Source: Roseburia sp.
GTDB lineage: Bacteria > Bacillota > Clostridia > Lachnospirales > Lachnospiraceae
Length of the DNA: 64,000 bases
Direction: 5' to 3'
Assembly: GCA_050874505.1 (NCBI GenBank)
Contig: JBNMKU010000003.1
Coordinates: forward strand, 1,115 to 65,114
A program made the translations under genes and the position numbers. The number at the start of each line of letters is the position of its first letter. Position 1 is the stretch's first letter. This document shows, in pieces, positions 28,846-38,558 of this stretch. The notes under the pieces are model-generated. The model did not search any database and was not told where the DNA came from. It was given only the letters and a program-made list of their open reading frames with translations.

Positions 28846-29238
28846 ATGCTAAAAAACAGTAAACAACGGGATGCCATCAAGAGTTTTCTCATGACCCGGT
28901 ATGACCATCCCACAGCAGAAACCGTTTATCTGAATGTAAAAAAAGAATTTCCGAATATCAGTCTCGGCACCGTTTACCGCAATCTGTCACTGCTTTCTGA
29001 GATCGGGGAGATCCAAAAGCTCTCCACCGGCATCGGACCTGACCGTTTTGACGGAAATCCGGCTCCGCACTACCATTTCATCTGCAATCACTGTGGCAGT
29101 GTCCTGGATCTGGATGTTACCGGGCTTGACCATATCAATGTCCTCGCCAGCCAGAATTTTGACGGCGAGATTGAGGGACACCTGATTTATTTTTATGGAA
29201 AATGTCCGGATTGCAAAAAGACTTTTGGGGCAGACTAA
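28846..29238 (+). CDS. perR: Fur family peroxide regulator PerR
   Basis: HPTAE, ISLGTVYRNL, RFDG..HYHFICxxC, CxxC; adjacent to rubrerythrin. Confidence 0.85.
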   Translation: MLKNSKQRDAIKSFLMTRYDHPTAETVYLNVKKEFPNISLGTVYRNLSLLSEIGEIQKLSTGIGPDRFDGNPAPHYHFICNHCGSVLDLDVTGLDHINVLASQNFDGEIEGHLIYFYGKCPDCKKTFGAD

Positions 29239-29276
29239 GAGGACGAAATTTTTTTGAAAAACATTCAAAAAACTGA

Positions 29277-29322
29277 TTGACAAATTCATAATTAGAGTTT
29301 AAAATCAGTAATAGTTACTATT
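29277..29322 (+). promoter_or_regulatory. Rubrerythrin promoter with PerR-like box
   Basis: TTGACA-N17-TAAAAT then AATAGT-T-ACTATT. Confidence 0.65.
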
Positions 29323-29368
29323 TTAATTTTAAGAGCACACAATTTTTTTAGAAAAGGAGAATAAAATT

Positions 29369-29911
29369 ATGGCAAAGTATGTATGTACAGTATGTGGTTA
29401 TGTTTACGAGGGAGAAGCAGCTCCGGAAATCTGCCCAGTATGTAAAGCACCGGCAGAGAAATTCAAACTTCAGGATGGAGACAGAACATGGGCTGCTGAG
29501 CACGTTGTAGGTGTTGCAAAAGGTGTGAGTGAGGACATCGTTTCAGATTTAAGAGCAAACTTTGAGGGCGAGTGCTCAGAGGTTGGTATGTATCTTGCAA
29601 TGGCACGTGTTGCTTATCGTGAAGGATATCCGGAAGTTGGTTCCTACTATGAGAAAGCTGCCTGGGAAGAGGCAGAACACGCTGCAAAATTCGCAGAGCT
29701 GCTTGGTGAAGTCGTAACAGACAGCACAAAGAAAAACCTTGAGATGAGAGTTGATGCAGAAAACGGCGCAACCGCAGGAAAAGTAGACCTTGCAAAGAGA
29801 GCCAAAGCTGCAAACCTTGATGCGATCCATGACACCGTACATGAGATGGCTCGTGATGAGGCAAGACACGGAAAAGCATTCGAGGGCTTATTAAAGAGAT
29901 ACTTTGGCTAA
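29369..29911 (+). CDS. rbr: Reverse rubrerythrin (NADH peroxidase)
   Basis: N-terminal rubredoxin domain CTVCGY..CPVC plus di-iron EEAEHA and DEARH motifs. Confidence 0.95.
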   Translation: MAKYVCTVCGYVYEGEAAPEICPVCKAPAEKFKLQDGDRTWAAEHVVGVAKGVSEDIVSDLRANFEGECSEVGMYLAMARVAYREGYPEVGSYYEKAAWEEAEHAAKFAELLGEVVTDSTKKNLEMRVDAENGATAGKVDLAKRAKAANLDAIHDTVHEMARDEARHGKAFEGLLKRYFG

Positions 29912-30160
29912 GCTACAAGCCGAGTAAAATACAAAAATAACGTCGTGCGAATTTATTCGTAACGGCGTTATTTTTTGTTATTTTATTGGGTGACAGCCCT
30001 CAGCGAGATGAAACGAAGTGTAATCGAGCTGGCTCGGCTTGTAGCTTTTTTATACGGCGACAGCCGTCCATGAGGACGTAACGCAGCGTAGTCCGAATGG
30101 CATAGCTTACTAGCGACAGCCCTCCATGACTCGGCTTGTATACGATGGCATGGCTTACCA
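29910..30160. repeat. Nested inverted/direct repeat cluster (REP-like) containing the rbr terminator
   Basis: 15-bp perfect IR AAGCTACAAGCCGAG (29910-29924) / CTCGGCTTGTAGCTT (30033-30047); three GACAGCC(C/G)TC..TGGC..GCTT units; terminator at 29933-29976. Confidence 0.75.
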
Positions 30161-30173
30161 CCGCCTCATTCTC

Positions 30174-31037
30174 TCACACATTTATTATATTCTGTATCCC
30201 CTCGCATATTTTCCGTGCCACCTTCGGATTATTCATGGTATACAAATGGATCCCGTCAATATCACTCACCAGCAGATCAATGATCTGGCTGAGCGCGTAG
30301 GACATCCCGGCATCAAACAGTGCCTCTTTCTTATCTTCATATTTGTTAATGATCTTCTGAAAACGTTCCGGGAAACCGGCTCCGCACATCGTTACCATTC
30401 TCTTGATCTGGGCGGCATTAATGACCGGCATGATGCCCGGGATCACCGGAACATCAATTCCTGCGATCCTGCAGGATTCATGGAAATCAAAGAAATGGCG
30501 GTTGTCAAAAAACAGCTGCGATAACAGCACTTCCGCTCCTGCATCGACTTTTTCCCTTAAATATTTCATTTCATCAATTTTATTTTTTGACTCAGGATGA
30601 CATTCCGGGTAGCATGCGCCAAGAAAGCAGAAATCTGTTTTGGGTTTCAAATATGCGATCAAGTCTGACGCATGTTTAAAATCCTCTTTCTCCGCAATAT
30701 TGGGATTGCAGTCTCCTCGAAGGGCAAGTATATTCTGGATGCCCTCGCTCTCTAATATTTTTGCAAACTGGTCGATCTCTGCCTTGTCATAATGAAGACA
30801 GGTCAGATGCACCACCGGTTCCGTGTGATACTCGTACTTGATCTTTTTTGCCAGTTCTATGGTGCGGTTACAGTTTGCACTGCCTCCCGCACCAAATGTT
30901 ACACTGATATAATCCGGTTTTAACCCGCTTAACACTTCCAGTGTTGCATCAATATTTCGCAGATCACTGTCCTTTTTCGGTGGAAAAATTTCGAAAGACA
31001 GACTCTTTTTTTCTCTCGATAACTCTGATATTTTCAT
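30174..31037 (-). CDS. metF: 5,10-methylenetetrahydrofolate reductase
   Basis: SFEIFPPK, SVTFGAGG, HLTC, LALRGD, YPECHPE, SQLFFD, HLYTMN. Confidence 0.96.
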   Translation of the reverse strand: MKISELSREKKSLSFEIFPPKKDSDLRNIDATLEVLSGLKPDYISVTFGAGGSANCNRTIELAKKIKYEYHTEPVVHLTCLHYDKAEIDQFAKILESEGIQNILALRGDCNPNIAEKEDFKHASDLIAYLKPKTDFCFLGACYPECHPESKNKIDEMKYLREKVDAGAEVLLSQLFFDNRHFFDFHESCRIAGIDVPVIPGIMPVINAAQIKRMVTMCGAGFPERFQKIINKYEDKKEALFDAGMSYALSQIIDLLVSDIDGIHLYTMNNPKVARKICEGIQNIINV

Positions 31038-31058
31038 TCGTAACGTACGCTCCTTGTT

Positions 31059-33329
31059 TTACCCCTGTTTTCTGATCTCTTCTGCCGCCTTTACCATGTT
31101 TCGAAGGCTTGCATCCGTTTCCGTCATGCCTCTTGTCTTTAATCCACAGTCCGGGTTTACCCATAATTTTTCCCGGTCGATTTTGGTCAGCATGATCTGT
31201 AAGGCTTTCACAATTTCCTCTACAGACGGCACTCGCGGAGAATGGATATCATATACACCCGGCCCGACCTCTGTCTCAAAATGATGTTCCCGCAGCGAAT
31301 CGAGGATCTGTAAATCCGAACGTGATGCCTCAAATGTGATAACATCCGCATCCATATCGTCGATCGCCGGAATAATATCTGTAAATTCGCTGTAGCACAT
31401 ATGCGTGTGGATCTGTGTTTCCGGTTTCACACCGCTGTGTGTCAGGCGGAATGCCGGAATTGCAAAATCAAGATATTCCGTATCCCAGTCAGATTTACGG
31501 AGCGGCAGTTTTTCTCTTAACGCAGCCTCATCGATCTGAATGACCTTAATGCCATTTGCTTCCAGATCCAGTACCTCATCCCGGATCGCCAGTGCAATCT
31601 GCGATATTGATTCCTTGATAGAGATATCCTCTCTCGGAAAAGACCAGTTCAAAATAGTAACCGGTCCGGTCAACATTCCTTTCATCAGCTTTTCTGTCTT
31701 TGACTGTGCATAGACAGACCAGGAAACTGTGATCGGCTTTTCACGGTAAACATCGCCCCAGATAACCGGTGGTTTTACACATCTTGTACCATAGGACTGC
31801 ACCCACGCTTTCTCTGTAAACAGGAAACCTCCCAGTGCCTCTCCAAAATACTCAACCATGTCGTTCCGCTCATATTCCCCATGCACCAGTACATCCAGTC
31901 CGATCTCTTCCTGCCATCTGATACACTCTGCTATCTTCTCCTGCGTGAATGCAATATATTCCCGCTCCGTTATCTCCCCTTTACGGAACGCGGCACGTTT
32001 CGCCTTGACCTCTTTGGTCTGTGGGAAAGAACCGATCGTAGTCGTCGGGAACTCCGGCAGGCCAAGTTCCTTTTTCTGCAGTTTCTGCCGCTCGCTGCGC
32101 TTTGGCAATCTGGCGTAATGGTCTTCCGTTACCTGTGAAAGCCGTTTTATAACACTTTCATTTTTGCAGTTTCTGGCTTTTGTAAAAAGATCACAGTTCT
32201 TCTGATAAACAGGATCAGCGGTGTAATCCTGCTGCTCTGCCAATTCGCCAAGTTCCTTTAACTCTGCCAGTTTTTCCTCTGCAAAAGCAAAATAGGACAG
32301 ATATTCCTGCGAAAGCTTTTTCTCATGCTTTAACGTATAAGGAACATGCAGTAAGGAACAGGATGTCGATAACACAACCTGTATTCCTTCTCTCTTCAAC
32401 TCATCAAGAACCGCCAACGTTTTCTCATAATGATTTTTCCAGATATTTTTTCCATTGACCAGACCTGCAAATAATACTTTTTCTTTCGGGAAGCCATATT
32501 TTTTGATCAGGGAAGCTGTTTCTTTTCCTTCAATAAAGTCCAGTCCAATCCCGGTAAATGACATTTTTATCAGATCCGGGTAAATATCCCTCACATCTCC
32601 AAAATAGGTCTGTAATAAGATCTTACACTGCTTTGCTGCCGGGAGAAGCGCATCATAGATCTGATGGAATAATTTCACATCTTCCTCTGTCATATCGCGC
32701 ACCAGTGCCGGCTCATCAAATTGCAGCCATACGATCTGCTTTTCCTCACTCTTTTCGATCAGCTCACGGTATGCATCCGTTATCGCATCCACAAAATCTT
32801 CCGCTGTCTTTTCTCCCGTATAGCGGCACAGCTTTAACATCGTGTAGGCACCGGTCACAACCGGCTTTGTCTTGATCCCAAATGCCTTTGCCTCTTCGTA
32901 TTCCTTCCACAGTTTGTCCCCTGCAGGTTTTATCTCTGTATCGTCTTCTACCTCCGGCACAATATAATGATAGTTTGTATTGAACCATTTTTTCATTGCC
33001 AGTGCTTTGACATCCCCCGATGCGCCCTGATAGCCGCGTGCCATCGCAAAATATGTATCAAGCTCCGATAAATTTAATTCTCTATATCGCTTTGGAACGA
33101 TATTTAACAGTGCTGCCGTATCGAGTACCATATCGTAAAAAGAAAAATCATTGCTGGATATATAATCGATCCCTGCTGTCTTCTGTGTCTCCCAGTGTGT
33201 TTTCTTCAATGTTCCTGCTGTCTGCAGCAACTCTTCTGCTCCGATCTCTTTCCGAAAATATTTTTCCGAAGCAAATTTTAACTCTCTTAATGTGCCAATC
33301 CTTGGAAACCCGATCACTGCTGTTTTCAT
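31059..33329 (-). CDS. metE: Cobalamin-independent methionine synthase
   Basis: GFPRIG, KWFNTNYHY, HGEYERNDMV, HTHMCY, WVNPDCGLKTR; start MKTAV after AGGAGG. Confidence 0.98.
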   Translation of the reverse strand: MKTAVIGFPRIGTLRELKFASEKYFRKEIGAEELLQTAGTLKKTHWETQKTAGIDYISSNDFSFYDMVLDTAALLNIVPKRYRELNLSELDTYFAMARGYQGASGDVKALAMKKWFNTNYHYIVPEVEDDTEIKPAGDKLWKEYEEAKAFGIKTKPVVTGAYTMLKLCRYTGEKTAEDFVDAITDAYRELIEKSEEKQIVWLQFDEPALVRDMTEEDVKLFHQIYDALLPAAKQCKILLQTYFGDVRDIYPDLIKMSFTGIGLDFIEGKETASLIKKYGFPKEKVLFAGLVNGKNIWKNHYEKTLAVLDELKREGIQVVLSTSCSLLHVPYTLKHEKKLSQEYLSYFAFAEEKLAELKELGELAEQQDYTADPVYQKNCDLFTKARNCKNESVIKRLSQVTEDHYARLPKRSERQKLQKKELGLPEFPTTTIGSFPQTKEVKAKRAAFRKGEITEREYIAFTQEKIAECIRWQEEIGLDVLVHGEYERNDMVEYFGEALGGFLFTEKAWVQSYGTRCVKPPVIWGDVYREKPITVSWSVYAQSKTEKLMKGMLTGPVTILNWSFPREDISIKESISQIALAIRDEVLDLEANGIKVIQIDEAALREKLPLRKSDWDTEYLDFAIPAFRLTHSGVKPETQIHTHMCYSEFTDIIPAIDDMDADVITFEASRSDLQILDSLREHHFETEVGPGVYDIHSPRVPSVEEIVKALQIMLTKIDREKLWVNPDCGLKTRGMTETDASLRNMVKAAEEIRKQG

Positions 33330-33414
33330 TCCTATCCTCCTGAAAATTATCCTTCTCGTTTTTGTTGTTCTCATTATAATTTTCCCGGATGGAATTGCAA
33401 AATATATAAAAAAA

Positions 33415-33448
33415 TAGGTTGTCCATAGTTTTAAACTATAGACAACCT
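33415..33448 (-). promoter_or_regulatory. MetR/MtaR-type MET box embedded in the LysR gene terminator hairpin
   Basis: CATAGTTTTAAACTATA (33424-33440) matches TATAGTTTnAAACTATA at all but the first position; flanked by AGGTTGTC/GACAACCT and a T run on the minus strand. Confidence 0.8.
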
Positions 33449-33450
33449 TT

Positions 33451-34350
33451 CTATTCCAGATATTTATTTAACGCATCAAGGTAAGTATTGCCCAGTCTGC
33501 TTATAACTCCTTTTTTATGGACGATATACCCGATCCGCATCTCACTCTCGTCTGCAAGTGGAACCGCGATAATGTCTTTTCCATTTAATTTTTTATCGAT
33601 GACACCGCTGCATACGGTATAACCATTCAATCCGATCAGCAGGTTAAACAGCGTTGCCCGGTCTCTCACCCTTATATTTTTCTTCCTCTCGGATGGCGAA
33701 AAGATCTCTTCTGAAAAATAAAACGAATTATGCTCGCCCTGCTCAAACGATAGATAAGGATATTGCTCTAGCTCCTCATTTGTGATCACGTCTTTCCCTG
33801 CAAGCGGATGCTTTCTGCTGATAAACACGTGCGGCTTTGCCACAAACAGCAGATGAAATTCCAGATCATGGGATCTTAAAAGCTTGCCGATCACCGCTTC
33901 GTTGAAATCGTTCTGAAACAGGATACCGATCTCACTTTTCATTTTCGCCACATCCTCAATGATCTCATAGGTCTGTGTCTCCCGGAGGCTGAAATCGTAT
34001 TCTTCCTGCCCATAGGTTTTGATCAGATCCACAAACGCATTGACCGCAAAAGAATAATGCTGGGTGGAAACGCAGAACTGCTTTTTGCCTCCCCCGCTTC
34101 CCTTATAACGATCCTCCAAGATTGCCGCCTGCTCTAACACCTGCCTGGCATATCCCAGAAAATCTTCTCCCTCTTTCGAAAGCGTAATACCCTTGTTGGT
34201 CCGGTTGAAAATAACCACATTCATCTCTTTTTCCAGTTCATGGATCGCGTTCGTCAAGCTGGGCTGCGAAATATAGAGCCTGTTGGCTGCCTCTGTTATT
34301 GTTCCTGTCTCTGCTACTGCTATCACATATCTCAATTGTTGAAGTGTCAT
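33451..34350 (-). CDS. LysR family regulator, MtaR/MetR-like
   Basis: MTLQQL..SQPSL HTH; FCVSTQHYSF, YLSFEQG, DRATLFNL resemble streptococcal MtaR; adjacent MET box and metE. Confidence 0.88.
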   Translation of the reverse strand: MTLQQLRYVIAVAETGTITEAANRLYISQPSLTNAIHELEKEMNVVIFNRTNKGITLSKEGEDFLGYARQVLEQAAILEDRYKGSGGGKKQFCVSTQHYSFAVNAFVDLIKTYGQEEYDFSLRETQTYEIIEDVAKMKSEIGILFQNDFNEAVIGKLLRSHDLEFHLLFVAKPHVFISRKHPLAGKDVITNEELEQYPYLSFEQGEHNSFYFSEEIFSPSERKKNIRVRDRATLFNLLIGLNGYTVCSGVIDKKLNGKDIIAVPLADESEMRIGYIVHKKGVISRLGNTYLDALNKYLE

Positions 34351-34382
34351 CTGTTCCCTGTCCTTTTCATCTCTCCGGTCTT

Positions 34383-35117
34383 CTAATGCTTTTGCAGACA
34401 CAACGGGAGTTCTAAATTATAGTTTTCCAGCAGCTCTTTGTCATATAAAATGTCCTCTGTCCTGCCATCTGCAATAATTTTCCCATCTGACATCAAAATT
34501 GTCCTGCTGCATGTATCCAGTATCATGTCCAAATCATGGGATGCAATGATTTTCAAATAATGAAATGAATTTAAAATGCGTATCAAATTTCTCCTGTTTT
34601 TCGGATCAAGTGCTATGGACGGCTCATCCATTAAAATAATATCCGGTGTCATGGATAAAATCGTAGCAATGGATGCAAGCTTTTTTTCTCCACCTGACAT
34701 TTTATAAATCGGACGATCTTTTAAATGACTAATTCCGGTTTGTTCCAGTGCATACTTCACTCTCTCCGCAACTTCATGTTCCGATAATCCATAATTTCTT
34801 GGCGCAAAAGCAACATCCTCATATACCGTATTCATAAACAGTTGATTCTCCGAATCCTGAAACACATATCCAATTTTAGAACGTATTTCTGCCAGTGTAT
34901 CTTTTTTTACAGGAATACCTTCCACACGGATCATACCCTCATAATCCAAATTCAATCCAACAAGCATTTTCAACAGTGTTGATTTTCCCACTCCATTCGC
35001 CCCGATCAAACCGATCGACTCATCTCCTGTCGCATGAAATGTAATATCCTTCAGTATTTCCACTCCTGTCTCATATCTAAATGATAACTGTTCTATGTCA
35101 ATCCCAACCTGTTCCAT
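34383..35117 (-). CDS. cbiO: ECF transporter ATPase (CbiO/NikO)
   Basis: GANGVGKST, VFQD, MSGGEKK, MDEP, SHDLD. Confidence 0.9.
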   Translation of the reverse strand: MEQVGIDIEQLSFRYETGVEILKDITFHATGDESIGLIGANGVGKSTLLKMLVGLNLDYEGMIRVEGIPVKKDTLAEIRSKIGYVFQDSENQLFMNTVYEDVAFAPRNYGLSEHEVAERVKYALEQTGISHLKDRPIYKMSGGEKKLASIATILSMTPDIILMDEPSIALDPKNRRNLIRILNSFHYLKIIASHDLDMILDTCSRTILMSDGKIIADGRTEDILYDKELLENYNLELPLCLQKH

Positions 35118-35118
35118 G

Positions 35119-35925
35119 CTATGCTCCTCCAAATAAACTACCTGCTAATAATACCACTGGATATCTGCGAAATACCAGAAAAACTACACACCAGACCAGT
35201 AAATAGCAGATATCCTTCCATTGATATGTTACCTTCTCTCCCATGTACTGATATTCACCGCAAAACCCACGAAGCATCATACTCTCGTAAACAGCATTCG
35301 CTCTGTCAACACTTTTTAGCAGCAGCTGTCCTACCAGAGTTCCCCATGCCTTATAATGGATTCCCCTTTGTCCTGGTGCCCGGAGCATGTACGCCTGCGT
35401 AATTCTCTCAACCTCTTCCAGAAGCACTGTAATATACCGATACATCAACATAATCTGTGTAACAATCGCTTTGGGCACATGAAGGCAGCGTAACGCATAA
35501 CAGATTTTTTCAACTGATGTAGTCGCGATCAGAAGATAAGATGCCAGTACACTAAATATCCCTTTTAAAATTAAGGTGATCATAGATAAAACTCCGGCAC
35601 TGATCCTCACATTGTTTATCACAAAATAATTTTTATCAAAAAATGGATTAAAAACACCTATAAAACATACCAATGGCAACACAATTCTTAAACGTTCTAA
35701 ACTTTTGCAAAATGAAAGATCCGCCAGCAGAAAAACCGCAACAGGATAGACCATCATTCCCATGACCCCTGCCACATCATACTTTGGAAATGATACAACA
35801 ACTGCAATATAGCCAACAGTTAAAATAAATTTAACCAGTGGATGAAGTTGATTCACCCACTGGTTTCTTTCTGACAAAGAATCCATTTCATGAATTTCAT
35901 GGATTGCTTTTTTTATTTTACTCAT
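35119..35925 (-). CDS. cbiQ: ECF transporter T component (CbiQ/NikQ)
   Basis: HPLVK, YRYI..E..R..AYMLR, RA..VYESMMLRGF. Confidence 0.9.
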   Translation of the reverse strand: MSKIKKAIHEIHEMDSLSERNQWVNQLHPLVKFILTVGYIAVVVSFPKYDVAGVMGMMVYPVAVFLLADLSFCKSLERLRIVLPLVCFIGVFNPFFDKNYFVINNVRISAGVLSMITLILKGIFSVLASYLLIATTSVEKICYALRCLHVPKAIVTQIMLMYRYITVLLEEVERITQAYMLRAPGQRGIHYKAWGTLVGQLLLKSVDRANAVYESMMLRGFCGEYQYMGEKVTYQWKDICYLLVWCVVFLVFRRYPVVLLAGSLFGGA

Positions 35926-36923
35926 GCTTTCTTATTCTTTCTGAAAAATTTAAATAAATAGCACGCACCTACGCAAACCAGAAGTACTACAATACTTCCT
36001 ACAATCCCTGAGAATGTAGTTCCCAGTGCCGACTCTGATCCCTTAAACGCATAATCCGGAAGAAGCGACGTTGCATCCTGAATTGCACTCGCTGTTTGAT
36101 AAATACCACTATCCGCTCCTTCAATTTCTGTTGCACCAGTCAGCTTTGCTATTGACCATTCCAATCCATCTGGATAGGAGGATGCTGCCAATGACAATGC
36201 CCCTCCAATCAGCAATGCCACCCCTGCAAGGATTGCCATTGTCTTTTTGAAAGAAAACCGGCCTTCCTTTTTCTCAATCTGTGAACTGCAGAACAAAAGC
36301 TCTGGTCTTGCCTCATAAACAAAAACAAGTACCGCTGCTGTGATCAGTCCCTCTACCAAACCAATAGCAAGATGAATCGGCTGCATGGTTGCCACAAAAG
36401 TTGCAAATGGAAGATCCGTAATACCAGATGCTAACGTCTCTAATGTTACACTAAACGCTCCCATCTGAAGAGTCAGAACACATCCCAAAATAGACGCTGT
36501 TATAATTTTTGCTTTCGACATGCCATTTTTCATCATTGGCTTCCAAATAAGCAAGGACCCTATAAAGCATCCATAAAATGCCATATTCCAAACATTACAG
36601 CCTAATGCCAGAAGTCCGCCATCTGCAAATAACAATCCCTGTATCAGCAAAACTCCTATCATCGTTAAAAATCCTGCATACGGTCCTAACAAAGCCGACA
36701 GCAGCATGCCTCCACATAAATGTCCACTTGAACCAGTACCTGGAATCGTAAAATTAATCATCTGGGTTGCAAAAACAAATGCCCCCATAATTCCCATAAC
36801 CGGCACCTTTTTTGTATCTGTTTCCAGTCTTACTTTTTTTACTGAATAGGCCGCTACTGCCGTAGAACATACATACATTGTACCTGCTACCGCTGGAGCG
36901 ATCAGCGCATCCGCCATGTGCAT
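35922..36923 (-). CDS. cbiM: ECF S component, NikMN/CbiM fusion with PDGLE domain
   Basis: N-terminal MH metal-binding motif (MHMAD), GSSGH, FADGG, YPDGLEW; GGAGG RBS. Confidence 0.9.
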   Translation of the reverse strand: MHMADALIAPAVAGTMYVCSTAVAAYSVKKVRLETDTKKVPVMGIMGAFVFATQMINFTIPGTGSSGHLCGGMLLSALLGPYAGFLTMIGVLLIQGLLFADGGLLALGCNVWNMAFYGCFIGSLLIWKPMMKNGMSKAKIITASILGCVLTLQMGAFSVTLETLASGITDLPFATFVATMQPIHLAIGLVEGLITAAVLVFVYEARPELLFCSSQIEKKEGRFSFKKTMAILAGVALLIGGALSLAASSYPDGLEWSIAKLTGATEIEGADSGIYQTASAIQDATSLLPDYAFKGSESALGTTFSGIVGSIVVLLVCVGACYLFKFFRKNKKA

Positions 36924-37014
36924 ATCATTTTCCTCCATCTGCCTGTGTTTTATCTGATTTCTCAATTATAACAAACTGTTCTCTTTGCACAAGCCCCATG
37001 GGGGGATATTATTG

Positions 37015-37653
37015 CTATAAAAGTTCCTCGATCAGCCTGCTTAATTCTTCCGCAAATCTGCCGATGTGAACCCCATCGATCAGCCTGTGATTGACCTCGA
37101 TCGAGATACCCAGTTCCATTTTTTCTCCGTTTTTGCTATATTTTCCCCATGCAATATGCGGTATCGATTCGTCTCTGGCATTTTCTGCTGCAAGATCACG
37201 TTCGTTCGTAATCGCCGTGACATCCACCCATGGCAGACAGGAAAAATAAATGAGCTGATCCGTTTCCTTGCTTTCATTGATAAAACATGTCTGAGCCATA
37301 CTGGTCTCTTTTGCTCTCCGGCAAAACTCCTCGAGTGTTCCCTCACATGGCATTGTGACAATGTAAAAAAGTTCACTTCCCTTTTTTAAGTCCGTAAAAC
37401 TCGGATCTCTGTCCTCCAGATAAAAAACCTGATCACCCCTTATCACATACCGGAACGCCTCCACCTGGTTGATCGCTCTGGTGCACAGATAGATCATCGC
37501 ATAATAAAAAGAAATCTGTTTCTTTTTTGCATAGTGATAAACTTTCGTGACATCCTGCCGGAATGTGACCATATAATACGGATTGGACACATGACTGAAA
37601 AAATCAAATAATTCCTTCCGTTCCCACGTTGCTATATCAATTTCGCGCTCCAT
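37015..37653 (-). CDS. Chloramphenicol acetyltransferase-like (CatA fold) O-acetyltransferase
   Basis: WERKELFDFF, SCLPW, WGKY, VNHRLIDGVH aligning with HHxxxDGxH. Confidence 0.82.
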   Translation of the reverse strand: MEREIDIATWERKELFDFFSHVSNPYYMVTFRQDVTKVYHYAKKKQISFYYAMIYLCTRAINQVEAFRYVIRGDQVFYLEDRDPSFTDLKKGSELFYIVTMPCEGTLEEFCRRAKETSMAQTCFINESKETDQLIYFSCLPWVDVTAITNERDLAAENARDESIPHIAWGKYSKNGEKMELGISIEVNHRLIDGVHIGRFAEELSRLIEELL

Positions 37654-38389
37654 CTTCCTTTTCTCCCTCCTCTATGATCCCTATGATCTGCTCTGTTGTG
37701 ATCGTTCGCTGTTCCTCTGCTGATATCGTGGCAGTTCCGTCCCCCTTCTGCTCGCCATAGTCACCATACTGTGCATGGTTTCCACCTTTGATGCAGTACT
37801 CCGTATAGCCCTGCGGCACAAGTGCCCTGCCGCTCTCGATCTTATCCCGATTGACTACCAGATCCTCGCTTCCGTACACGGACAACACTTTCAGGGAAGA
37901 GGCACTGAGATCTTTTGTCGGGTACGCACCAAGCAGGATCAGTCCATCCAGTTTCTGTGCATTCTCTGCCGCATAATTTGCCGCCATAGCTCCACCCAGC
38001 GAATGTCCTGCCAGATACCAGTGTTCATAATGGTTGTTTTCCATGACATCATCCGCACGGTTCATGCCGAGAAAGGCAAAGTTGCACGGCATATGCACCA
38101 GAAAACAATCGACGCCCTGCGCAGCAATTTCTTTCAATAACTTTGCATAGGCGATATCCTCCACTTTTGCACCCGGATAAAAGATCAGTGCGGTATCTTC
38201 CCCCGGTCCATCATAAAAATAGCCATTGTCTGTCGCTGTTACTGTGACCACTCCGGTATCTGACATTGCCTCGTCCCGATCCACCACATGATAATAGTCC
38301 AGGATATACCAGCCACAAAGGATGGCAAGTACCGCAATGACCGATACGATAACGATGCCTGTTTTTTTCCATCTTTTTCTATGTTTCAT
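37637..38389 (-). CDS. Membrane-anchored alpha/beta hydrolase
   Basis: FYPGAKV, GHSLGG nucleophile elbow, GSED, GGNH; N-terminal TM. Confidence 0.88.
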   Translation of the reverse strand: MKHRKRWKKTGIVIVSVIAVLAILCGWYILDYYHVVDRDEAMSDTGVVTVTATDNGYFYDGPGEDTALIFYPGAKVEDIAYAKLLKEIAAQGVDCFLVHMPCNFAFLGMNRADDVMENNHYEHWYLAGHSLGGAMAANYAAENAQKLDGLILLGAYPTKDLSASSLKVLSVYGSEDLVVNRDKIESGRALVPQGYTEYCIKGGNHAQYGDYGEQKGDGTATISAEEQRTITTEQIIGIIEEGEKEDGARN

Positions 38390-38458
38390 TCTGCTTGATT
38401 CCTTTCGCCCTCCTGCTCGTATTCTGTCTGGCAATAGTATAGCACAAAAAAAGCGTAC

Positions 38459-38507
38459 AAAAAAAGAATGTCTTAAAATCCACCCGGAATTTTAAAACAC
38501 CCTTTTT
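38459..38507 (-). terminator. Terminator of the sugar ABC-araR operon
   Basis: Imperfect hairpin with T run, lying just after the TAA at 38511-38513. Confidence 0.55.
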
Positions 38508-38558
38508 CTATTATAGTTTCCAAACGGAGTTTCCATCATTTAGCGTAACCGGAAAACG

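Noticed and set aside
29990-30160. Mini CRISPR array
   Set aside because: Units are degenerate, inserts are structured and partly related, and no cas genes are present
33330-33450. SAM or T-box riboswitch upstream of metE
   Set aside because: UTR too short and no conserved motifs; a MET box explains the region
36924-37014. Cobalamin riboswitch upstream of cbiM
   Set aside because: Only about 90 bp available and no B12-box
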